A stretch of 32,000 nucleotides of DNA from Raphidiopsis brookii D9. GTDB taxonomy: Bacteria; Cyanobacteriota; Cyanobacteriia; Cyanobacteriales; Nostocaceae. The stretch lies in the NCBI GenBank assembly GCA_000175855.1, contig ACYB01000047.1, forward strand, positions 60,001-92,000, given 5' to 3'. Below, piece by piece: positions 17,193-24,764 of the stretch (its first letter is position 1; every line of letters begins with the position of its first letter). The notes beneath the pieces were generated by a model. That model ran no database searches. It had not been told where the DNA came from and saw only the letters and a program-made list of their open reading frames with translations. The translations under genes and the position numbers were made by a program.

Positions 17193-18545
17193 TTAAAAAA
17201 GGCTATCAATAGTTTCGTAGTCATACTCTGCTAGAACTTCATTAAAAACTTCTGTAGCTGTATCTCCATCTAGTTCTAAATCTCCTGCTAATTGAGACCA
17301 ATATTCATATTCTTCATCGGTGAAGTATTCATCAGCAAGAGCAAACTCCACAGACATTTGAAAAGCTTCTATTGCTGCATCTTCAGCAAGAATAATTTGT
17401 ATGGCAGCATTATATAGCATTTCCAGTCCACCAATTTCTACTAGACTATCAATTTTTTCTTGCAGCAGTTCTGCATCAATCTCATAGGTTTCATACAGTC
17501 CCATCAATAACTCTGATTCTTCCTCAGACAGGTTATCCACAGACGCACCACATAAACAAATTACTGCGATCGCTTCTACTAGCGTTAAATAACAGCTTTC
17601 CTCTTCTTCTTGTTCCTCTTCTTCATAAAATTCTTCGTCAAAATCCTCATCCTCCTCAACCCAAACATCAGCAGTTAAATCAAAGTCTGTTGTCCCTTTA
17701 ATTTTCCAGCATTCAAAGCATAGGTCTGGGTTGGTCATATACTCATAAGGAATATAGCAATATCCTGAGTCCCCCCATTCCTCACCCCAGGAATTACGGA
17801 CAATAAACACTTTAGCGCTATCTTTATATCCAACGCAAAGCATAGCGTGATTCCCATGTTGTTCTCTACCTTCATCGCTATTTAGATCTGGCATAGGAAC
17901 TCTACCCTGGGCTGTAACACGATCAAAAGATTTAAATAAAACTAGCCCAAAAATAAAAGGATATCCTTCCGCTAAACAGTGCTTCATTGAGTATATGTCA
18001 GGATTGACTTGCTCTGGAGTTTCCCATTGAAACTCATCAGTATTAATTAGTTTTGCAGCTTCAGTGTAAGCTTCACGACTAGGTTTGGTGTTGACGTTTT
18101 TAACTTTGCCATTTTCCGCTATCTGATAACCCCAAGTTGACTCATGACAAATACCCTGCTCTTGCAAACTAACTAATGCTAAGGAAATATTGCTTCCCTG
18201 GTCTTGAATTTTATCACGACCGGAAGCCTCGAGTCCTAGCAATCGTGCATTATAATATACAAAGAGACGACTGAAATCAATATCTTTGCCTACACGGTTC
18301 ATTATATACTCATAGCCACCAACAACTGCATTTGCTGTACAACTGTTAGCAGCTGCTTGATTTTCTACAGGGGTCATAAAGGGACGGAGATCCACCTGTG
18401 CGGGTAGGTCTTCTTCATTAAACCTCTGTGTATTGTAGAGTTGAGAACCAGGAACTGTTGAAGCCGAGGAGCTACAACCACTAAGTGCTCTCCAGTCACC
18501 TGTTTTGCGATCTACAACGTAGGATAATACAGCTTTTTTAGACAT
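17193..18545 (-). CDS. papain-like (C1 family) cysteine peptidase with acidic linker and TerB-like C-terminal domain
   Basis: 450 aa. The catalytic set is Gln63/Cys69 (ENQAAANSC), His233 (GNHAMLCVGY) and Asn251 (VRNSWGEEWG). I see no signal peptide or propeptide. Residues 297-317 are almost entirely Asp/Glu. Residues 318-450 are helical and acidic, with two similar halves. Confidence 0.9.
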   Translation of the reverse strand: MSKKAVLSYVVDRKTGDWRALSGCSSSASTVPGSQLYNTQRFNEEDLPAQVDLRPFMTPVENQAAANSCTANAVVGGYEYIMNRVGKDIDFSRLFVYYNARLLGLEASGRDKIQDQGSNISLALVSLQEQGICHESTWGYQIAENGKVKNVNTKPSREAYTEAAKLINTDEFQWETPEQVNPDIYSMKHCLAEGYPFIFGLVLFKSFDRVTAQGRVPMPDLNSDEGREQHGNHAMLCVGYKDSAKVFIVRNSWGEEWGDSGYCYIPYEYMTNPDLCFECWKIKGTTDFDLTADVWVEEDEDFDEEFYEEEEQEEEESCYLTLVEAIAVICLCGASVDNLSEEESELLMGLYETYEIDAELLQEKIDSLVEIGGLEMLYNAAIQIILAEDAAIEAFQMSVEFALADEYFTDEEYEYWSQLAGDLELDGDTATEVFNEVLAEYDYETIDSLF

Positions 18546-18658
18546 AAACTCTGATGTGGATTGCTCACAAAAATAATTATCAAAATTTTATATTAGCTAT
18601 GCTACGAAAAATTTGTAATTCCTCAATAATTCCTAGTAGATTCTGTAACCTCATGCTT

Positions 18659-19294
18659 TTAATAACGATTAATCACTTCCAGCAGTTCCCAGGGATGATC
18701 AATCAAAAAGTCAGGATTTTCCCTAGCTAGTGCTTCAGGAGAATTAAACCCCCAAGTAACTGCTATGACTTGCACATGTGCCTTTTTTGCAGCTTCTATG
18801 TCTCTAATTTCATCACCTACATAAATGACAGTCTCGGGCTTAATTTGTCTTTGTTTAATTACATTACTCATGATAGTATTCTTACCAAAAATTGTTACCC
18901 CTGAATGAACAAATTCAAATAGATTGTCTAACTGATGACACTTGAGAAATTCATGGACATTCTCTTGTGCATTAGAGGTAATAATTCCTAATTTATATCC
19001 CTGATTACTTAGCTCTCTTAGTGCTTCAGGAATTTCTGGTATGGGTTGTACATTCTTGATTTTATTTTTTAATTCTCCTTTCACTCTTTTAACTAAAAAG
19101 GGTATTTTAAATAGGGATATACCTGAATACTTAATAATTTGTCTAGCAGTTAAATTTCTTAATAGTTTTAATTCATTAGCAGATATTTGCATATAGCCAA
19201 ACTCCCGGGCTAGACGATTAGCAATTGTTACCAAAGCGTCTAATGTATCTGCAATTGTGCCATCAAAGTCAAAGATGATTACTTTTTGAGTCAT
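18659..19294 (-). CDS. HAD-superfamily hydrolase (phosphoglycolate-phosphatase-like subfamily IA)
   Basis: 211 aa. Motif I is IIFDFDGTIADT, motif II is ITSN, and motif IV is YVGDEIRD. The start overlaps the queG 3' end by 26 nt. Confidence 0.88.
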   Translation of the reverse strand: MTQKVIIFDFDGTIADTLDALVTIANRLAREFGYMQISANELKLLRNLTARQIIKYSGISLFKIPFLVKRVKGELKNKIKNVQPIPEIPEALRELSNQGYKLGIITSNAQENVHEFLKCHQLDNLFEFVHSGVTIFGKNTIMSNVIKQRQIKPETVIYVGDEIRDIEAAKKAHVQVIAVTWGFNSPEALARENPDFLIDHPWELLEVINRY

Positions 19295-20240
19295 TATTTA
19301 GTTTCAACGTAGTAAGATTGGCACGAGCATTTTTACGTAACATTCCTGGTTTAATCCGTCTCAAAGCTGATGCAGAGAATTTTTCATTCCATTGCTCATC
19401 AGTGATCTCCGATAATTCTACCAGCTTGGGAGCTAAATTTCCCGGGTAGGGATGAAAATCTACCACATCTGTTATCTGGGAAAACCGCTGATTCCAAGGA
19501 CAAACATCTTGACAAATATCACAACCAGCAACCCATCCTTGTAAATTTCTTTCTATGGTTATTGGCAGGGTTTCTCCTCTATTTTCAATAGTATGATAGG
19601 CAATACACTTATTGGCATCTACAACAAATGGCTGAGCAATTGCTTCTGTTGGACAAGCTTCTATACATCTGTTACAAGTACCACAGTGTTGGGTAGCTGG
19701 AGTATCTCCCTCTAATTCTAGATTAGTTAATACCTCACCTAAAAATACCCAGGAACCATATTCCCTGGTTATCACATTACCGTTTTTGCCAATCCAGCCA
19801 ATACCCGCTTTCTCAGCCCAAACTTTGTCCTGTATGGGTCCTGTATCGGCATAATATCTGGCTTTTATACCCTCACCCTTTGATTCCAACCAGGTAGCCA
19901 ATTGTTTGAGCTTTTTATGTAGAATCCTATGATAATCTCTCCCCCACCCATAACGGGATATTTTCCCATACTCTACCCCTTGAGGACGGGGATGGGGTGT
20001 ATAATAGTTTATCGCTACACAAACGAGCGATCGCACTTCTGGCATAACTAATTTTATGTCTTCTCGTTTTGGATTGGTCATCCAATCCATGTCAGCATGA
20101 TAACCCAGACTTATCCATTTCCTCAATCTTTCCTTTTCTTTGCTTTCCCCCAATACAACTGCGACACCAACTTTGTGGAATCCTAATTTGTAGGCTTTTT
20201 CTTTAATGGTATGAGTACTTAAGCTAGTTAAATAAGACAT
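19269..20240 (-). CDS. queG: tRNA epoxyqueuosine(34) reductase
   Basis: 323 aa. Two 4Fe-4S ferredoxin motifs are present (CGTCNRCIEACP and CDICQDVCPWN), and the N-terminal region is typical of QueG. Confidence 0.92.
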   Translation of the reverse strand: MSYLTSLSTHTIKEKAYKLGFHKVGVAVVLGESKEKERLRKWISLGYHADMDWMTNPKREDIKLVMPEVRSLVCVAINYYTPHPRPQGVEYGKISRYGWGRDYHRILHKKLKQLATWLESKGEGIKARYYADTGPIQDKVWAEKAGIGWIGKNGNVITREYGSWVFLGEVLTNLELEGDTPATQHCGTCNRCIEACPTEAIAQPFVVDANKCIAYHTIENRGETLPITIERNLQGWVAGCDICQDVCPWNQRFSQITDVVDFHPYPGNLAPKLVELSEITDEQWNEKFSASALRRIKPGMLRKNARANLTTLKLNNDSKSNHL

Positions 20241-20319
20241 GATGAGGTAGGAATTAGGTGGGTGAGATTAAAGTTTGGAGTATAATAGTAGAGTTATTCC
20301 TAAGCAAGGATGAAAAACA

Positions 20320-21048
20320 GTGAACCAAGCGGAAATTAGTACTCTCATTAAACAACAACTGAAACAACTAATTGTGGAAGACCCTGTGATCAAGAATTTG
20401 ATTTTAGGTTCCATGTCGCAATATTATATTGGAAGACAAGACGCGGATAGTAAATTCGACCGGACCCTGGCACAATTGCAATCTTACCAGGAAGAGCAGA
20501 ATCGTAAATGGGAAGAGCAGAATCGCCACAATCGTGAAATCATGGCACAATTGCAGTCTTACCAGGAAGAGCAGAATCGTAAGTGGGAAGAGCAAAATCG
20601 CCACAATCTGCAAGTTTTGGAAGAAATTAAACAAATGAACCGGAAACATGAAAGTACAGTTGGTTCCCTAGGTTCGCGATGGGGATTATCGTCAGAAGCA
20701 AGCTTCAGAAATGGACTAAAAGGAATTTTAAAAGATTCTTTTGGCGTAGAAGTGTTGAATTTCCTTGATTTCGACAATGAAGGAGAGGTTTTTGGCAGAC
20801 CGGACCAGGTGGAAATAGATGTGATTATCAAAAATGGTTTGATAATTTTATGTGAAATTAAATCCTCGATTGACAAAGCAGGAATGTATATTTTTGATCG
20901 GAAAGTAGCATTTTATGAAAAACATCATCAAAGAAGAGTTGATCGCAAATTAGTAATTTCCCCCATGGTAGACCCAAGAGCTTTGCCAGTAGCACAAAAC
21001 TTGGGAATTGAGATTTACAGCTATGCTGAAGATGTAAATAGCATTTAG
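20320..21048 (+). CDS. DUF3782-type protein with C-terminal PD-(D/E)XK nuclease-like domain
   Basis: 242 aa with a GTG start. The N-terminal region is a Gln/Glu-rich coiled coil containing a duplicated 25-aa unit. The C-terminal region contains VEIDVII...ILCEIKSS, a D...ExK arrangement. Confidence 0.78.
   Translation: MNQAEISTLIKQQLKQLIVEDPVIKNLILGSMSQYYIGRQDADSKFDRTLAQLQSYQEEQNRKWEEQNRHNREIMAQLQSYQEEQNRKWEEQNRHNLQVLEEIKQMNRKHESTVGSLGSRWGLSSEASFRNGLKGILKDSFGVEVLNFLDFDNEGEVFGRPDQVEIDVIIKNGLIILCEIKSSIDKAGMYIFDRKVAFYEKHHQRRVDRKLVISPMVDPRALPVAQNLGIEIYSYAEDVNSI
20469..20608 (+). repeat. in-frame tandem duplication, 75-bp period, inside the DUF3782 gene
   Basis: Copy 1 starts at 20469 and copy 2 at 20544. 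The first 65 nt of each unit differ at 3 positions, all A/G transitions. Both encode AQLQSYQEEQNRKWEEQNRHN. Confidence 0.95.
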
Positions 21049-21187
21049 TCCACACTGAAAACTGCCAAATAACGAAACAGCATTGTTTTATCTAACTCAA
21101 TATTCGAAAGCGCCCATTGCCAATCTGGATGAGCTGTCATTAATCAATTTTCTAATGTTTCCCGGTCGAAAAGATGATACAGCATGA

Positions 21188-21613
21188 TTAACTTCCGCAT
21201 AAGGGAATGGTCGTTTCCAGCTTGAGACAGTTAGCACCATTGACCTGTAAATGATATTCAACCTTATCCATCAACCGATTCATAATCAGCCAACCATAGC
21301 CACCTTCTTGTTTTTGTTCAGGATGGGGAGGGAAGTAGGTGGTTATATCAAAACCATGTCCATAGTCCCAAACTTCAATACCTAGTTTCTGATCTGTCAG
21401 TTCCAGACGCAATAGAATTGGCAAATTTGGTTTATCTTTATGAGCATGGCGAACCGCATTTGAATATGCTTCAACCAGCGCAAGACGTAAACGAAGGGAT
21501 TCGCTTGACCAATCCAGAGAATTCCTCAAATGTTGTTTTAAGTATGCCAACAACCAGCTTTCAACTGTGTTGACAAAACTTAAATCACTGGGTACATAAA
21601 GTTCACTTTTCAT
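21188..21613 (-). CDS. RsbW-like anti-sigma regulatory factor (HATPase_c serine kinase)
   Basis: 141 aa. It has the N-box-like ALVEAYSNAVRHAH, then VWDYGHGFD and GGYGWLIMNRL. The start lies 3 nt downstream of the REC-GAF-PP2C stop. Confidence 0.85.
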   Translation of the reverse strand: MKSELYVPSDLSFVNTVESWLLAYLKQHLRNSLDWSSESLRLRLALVEAYSNAVRHAHKDKPNLPILLRLELTDQKLGIEVWDYGHGFDITTYFPPHPEQKQEGGYGWLIMNRLMDKVEYHLQVNGANCLKLETTIPLCGS

Positions 21614-21616
21614 CGT

Positions 21617-23302
21617 TTACAAAATTTCCAGAGAGAGAATGGTCTGATCATCTTCTTGAACAGGATTATCGCTTTGAACTCGAGCGATTAGCTGTTCAAG
21701 AGACAAAGGTTGAGGTTGTTCCCGTATAAGTTGCCAAATACCTTCTTTATTTAGTATAGACCAAGTTAGCGCCTGAGTGCCACTGTTATTTTTAATTAGT
21801 GATTTAGGCCTTATTGTTACTTTTGCTTCCGTAATACCGTCGCTCAGAAGTAGAAGGGTGTCTTTGGGAGCGAGAATTAATCTACCAGACTGTGATGACA
21901 GCTCAGGGAAAATCCCCAGAGGTACACTGCGGGTTGTGAGATATTGAGGTTCAGCTAAAGAGGCTGGATATGACCATAAGAGGGGATAAATGTGTCCAGC
22001 ATTGGCGTATATGAATTCTCGAGTAGTTTTATTATATTTGGCAATGACAAGAGTAATTAAATAATTTACACTGATTAGGTCTTCAGCTAGAGCATAGTTG
22101 AGATTTTGCAACACAATATTTGGCGGTGGTGGTGATTCCTGAGATAATTCACGACGCAAAAGAGAAATAGCACTGGCCATAAATAAAGCTGCAGGTACAC
22201 CCTTACCAGAAACATCACCTACTGCTAACCACAGTTCACCAGATGGATGGAGAAACACCTCAAAAAAAATCTCCCCCACTTCTCGTGCAGGGTAACAGCA
22301 CGCCTGTATTTTCAACCCGTCAATTTTTGGTAAAGTTTGACGCAGCAGATTATTTTGAATTTGACGTGCTACTTGCAGTTCTTGGCGAGTCTGTTCTTGT
22401 TTCTCTTTTAAGCTTTGGTCAAGCCTGGCCTGGGAAAGGGTCAGAGATGCTTGTTTTGCTACATCTCCAATCAGTTCTATATCCTCTTGCTCCCATGGTG
22501 TTTCTACAGTGCATTTACACAAGGTCATTACGGCTAGTAAATCATCCTGATAACAAAAGGGAACTATTAAATAATGTAAATAATGAGCGTGATTGACCTT
22601 ATCTGTATATTGAACTACTTGATATTTTTTTCCCAATATAATTTTTTGAATTAGGCTTAATGACTCCTTGGGTAAGTCAGGGGTTAGACAATCAAGGTCA
22701 CAGTATAAAAATATAGCTGTTGTTAGGATATCACCTTCCACTAACCTTAACAAACAACTACTAGCTGCAAATTTTTCTCCAATTGTAGCTACCATTTTAT
22801 CAAGGGTACTTGTATAACTATGGGAATCTCTAAGTATCTTAGTAATGGCATTAAATAAAGACTCTCTCTTCAAAGCCTGACGTAACTCTCTCGTGCGAGT
22901 TTTTAATAAATTGTAAGTATCCCTTCCCTGTTCAACTAATGCTCTAAGTTGTTGGGGGTTCCATGGTTTGGTAATATATTTGAATACTCGACCTGAGTTA
23001 ATTGCATCTACTAAATCTTCAACATCAGTATAAGCAGTAAGAAGAATGCGAATGGTATCAGGAAAACGTTCAACAATTTGACTAAGAAATTCTGTACCCT
23101 TCATATCTGGCATTCTTTGGTCAGAAATAATCACTGACATTTCTCCCACCTGATCCAAGATAGTCCAAGCATGACTGACACTGTTAGCTTTATAGACTTC
23201 AAAATCACGCCAGAAAGTGCGATATACCAGGTCTAGATTGTCCGGTTCATCATCTACCACCATTAATTTAGGTTTTTGCACATCATTGTCATAGTTAACC
23301 AT
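21617..23302 (-). CDS. response-regulator receiver - GAF - PP2C/SpoIIE phosphatase
   Basis: 561 aa. The REC domain shows VVDDEPDN, ISDQRMPDM and YITKPW. The central ~160 aa look GAF-like. The PP2C part shows GDVSGKGVPAAL, LSDGITEA and DDQTILSLEIL, but the first metal-binding motif reads VGEIFFEV instead of GGDFFE. Confidence 0.9.
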   Translation of the reverse strand: MVNYDNDVQKPKLMVVDDEPDNLDLVYRTFWRDFEVYKANSVSHAWTILDQVGEMSVIISDQRMPDMKGTEFLSQIVERFPDTIRILLTAYTDVEDLVDAINSGRVFKYITKPWNPQQLRALVEQGRDTYNLLKTRTRELRQALKRESLFNAITKILRDSHSYTSTLDKMVATIGEKFAASSCLLRLVEGDILTTAIFLYCDLDCLTPDLPKESLSLIQKIILGKKYQVVQYTDKVNHAHYLHYLIVPFCYQDDLLAVMTLCKCTVETPWEQEDIELIGDVAKQASLTLSQARLDQSLKEKQEQTRQELQVARQIQNNLLRQTLPKIDGLKIQACCYPAREVGEIFFEVFLHPSGELWLAVGDVSGKGVPAALFMASAISLLRRELSQESPPPPNIVLQNLNYALAEDLISVNYLITLVIAKYNKTTREFIYANAGHIYPLLWSYPASLAEPQYLTTRSVPLGIFPELSSQSGRLILAPKDTLLLLSDGITEAKVTIRPKSLIKNNSGTQALTWSILNKEGIWQLIREQPQPLSLEQLIARVQSDNPVQEDDQTILSLEIL

Positions 23303-23449
23303 ACTACTGAGCTGAAAAAGTGGAGGTCAGGACGGGAAAAAACTCCCAGCTTTTTGGGACTAAAATCGTCAAAAGTTTCCGAAAAATTGGATAAACTAGT
23401 GTAAAGTTTGGTGTGAGCTTAAGTTTAGTCTAATTTAAAATACAATGTT

Positions 23450-24193
23450 ATGTTAACCTATCAGTCACCTGAAAAATTCCCCGTTTTGGGGTTACCAGTT
23501 CATCTGGTGGAAAATTACCCCTATTGGTTAGTAGAGTCTCTTCAGCAGGGTAGAGGAGCCCATGTGGTGACTCTCAATGCGGAAATGACTATGCAAGCTA
23601 GACGGAACCCAAGTTTGTCCACGGTTATTGAAAACGCTGACCTCGTTATCCCAGATGGCGCAGGAGTGGTATTATATCTACGTTTCATACTCAAACAGCA
23701 GGTAAAACGTTTTCCCGGTATTGAACTAGCAGAAGGTCTACTCCAAGAACTGGGTAGAAAAGCAACATCTACAAAGGTATTTTTTTATGGCGGATCGCCA
23801 GGAGTAGCAGCTAAAGCTGCGGATTTTTGGCAAAAACAAGTTCCTAATTTAAATTTTGTTGGTACTCACTCTGGATATCATTCCCCAGAAACTGAAAAAA
23901 TATTACTAGAGACTTTAACTGAGTTACAACCTCAAGTCATTTTTGTAGGCTTAGGAGTTCCTCGTCAAGAACTATGGATCGCTAAAAACCGTAGTCTGTG
24001 TCCTCAGGCGGTTTGGATTGGGGTGGGCGGTAGTTTTGATATTTGGTCTGGTGGCAAAAACCGCGCACCCCAATGGTTGGCAAATAATAATTTAGAATGG
24101 CTTTATCGTTTATATCAAGAACCTTGGCGATGGCGTCGAATGCTGGCTTTACCAGAGTTCTTATTTCAGTCTCTAATCTCAAAAGGTCATTAA
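23450..24193 (+). CDS. WecB/TagA/CpsF family glycosyltransferase
   Basis: 247 aa. Family-typical segments are present: VVTLNAEM, ADLVIPDGAGVV, FFYGG, VGLGVPRQELW and EWLYRLYQEPWRWRRM. Confidence 0.88.
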   Translation: MLTYQSPEKFPVLGLPVHLVENYPYWLVESLQQGRGAHVVTLNAEMTMQARRNPSLSTVIENADLVIPDGAGVVLYLRFILKQQVKRFPGIELAEGLLQELGRKATSTKVFFYGGSPGVAAKAADFWQKQVPNLNFVGTHSGYHSPETEKILLETLTELQPQVIFVGLGVPRQELWIAKNRSLCPQAVWIGVGGSFDIWSGGKNRAPQWLANNNLEWLYRLYQEPWRWRRMLALPEFLFQSLISKGH

Positions 24194-24226
24194 AATGGAA
24201 ATGCCCACATACGTAACTAATCAAGG

Positions 24227-24763
24227 TTACTTACTATCCTTGAGCCGAATATCAATCACGGAAGCGTTGAAATTGTAGTTAAACCCTTCCAGTTCAAAAG
24301 GCATGCCAATTTTTACTTTACTATTACCCAAGACTGGGCCATTGTCCGTAACTTGTGCTTTCCCCTCTAAGGTCAGTAGAAAATCCGTGCTAAAATTATT
24401 ACTTCTCGGATCTGGCAATTCTTTAATTGAACCATCTGGTTGGGGTACTAAGATGGTTCTTTTTAACTCCTCGATGGATTTAATCCCAATTTGTCCGTAG
24501 GGTTGATTACGAATAATTACGTTAGTTTTGCCGCCTTTGGTAAATCCCTGTTTAAATAGTTGCTGGCTATCTCGGACATTTAAACCCCTTACTATTAGGT
24601 CTACTTCTATGGGAACTGTTTTCGTACCTATCTGAGCTATGGAACCAGAAGTCCCAGGAAACACAAAAATGCCAATTATCACTAGTAATATTACCAGTGC
24701 TGCACTTAGATCTAGAAAGTTAATTTTACCGAATAGCCGCCCTTTGGCATCTAGAATATTCAT
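24227..24763 (-). CDS. DUF4330 domain protein
   Basis: The track ORF starts at GTG 24778. ATG 24763 (MNILDAKGRLFGKINFLDLSAALVILLVIIG...) is preceded by AAGGAG and matches the usual N-terminus. It starts 1 nt after the ankyrin stop. Confidence 0.8.
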   Translation of the reverse strand: MNILDAKGRLFGKINFLDLSAALVILLVIIGIFVFPGTSGSIAQIGTKTVPIEVDLIVRGLNVRDSQQLFKQGFTKGGKTNVIIRNQPYGQIGIKSIEELKRTILVPQPDGSIKELPDPRSNNFSTDFLLTLEGKAQVTDNGPVLGNSKVKIGMPFELEGFNYNFNASVIDIRLKDSK

Positions 24764-24764
24764 T

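Noticed and set aside
20404-21055. Four overlapping ORFs (20404..20649, 20429..20638, 20559..20876, 20858..21055) around the DUF3782 gene
   Set aside because: These are alternative-frame or antisense readings of the repeat-containing coiled-coil region. The duplicated peptide strings simply mirror the 75-bp tandem duplication.
21045-21140. 31-aa minus-strand ORF (MTAHPDWQWALSNIELDKTMLFRYLAVFSVD) between the RsbW-like gene and the DUF3782 gene
   Set aside because: It has no motif, no obvious ribosome-binding site and overlaps the DUF3782 stop. It cannot be distinguished from a random ORF.
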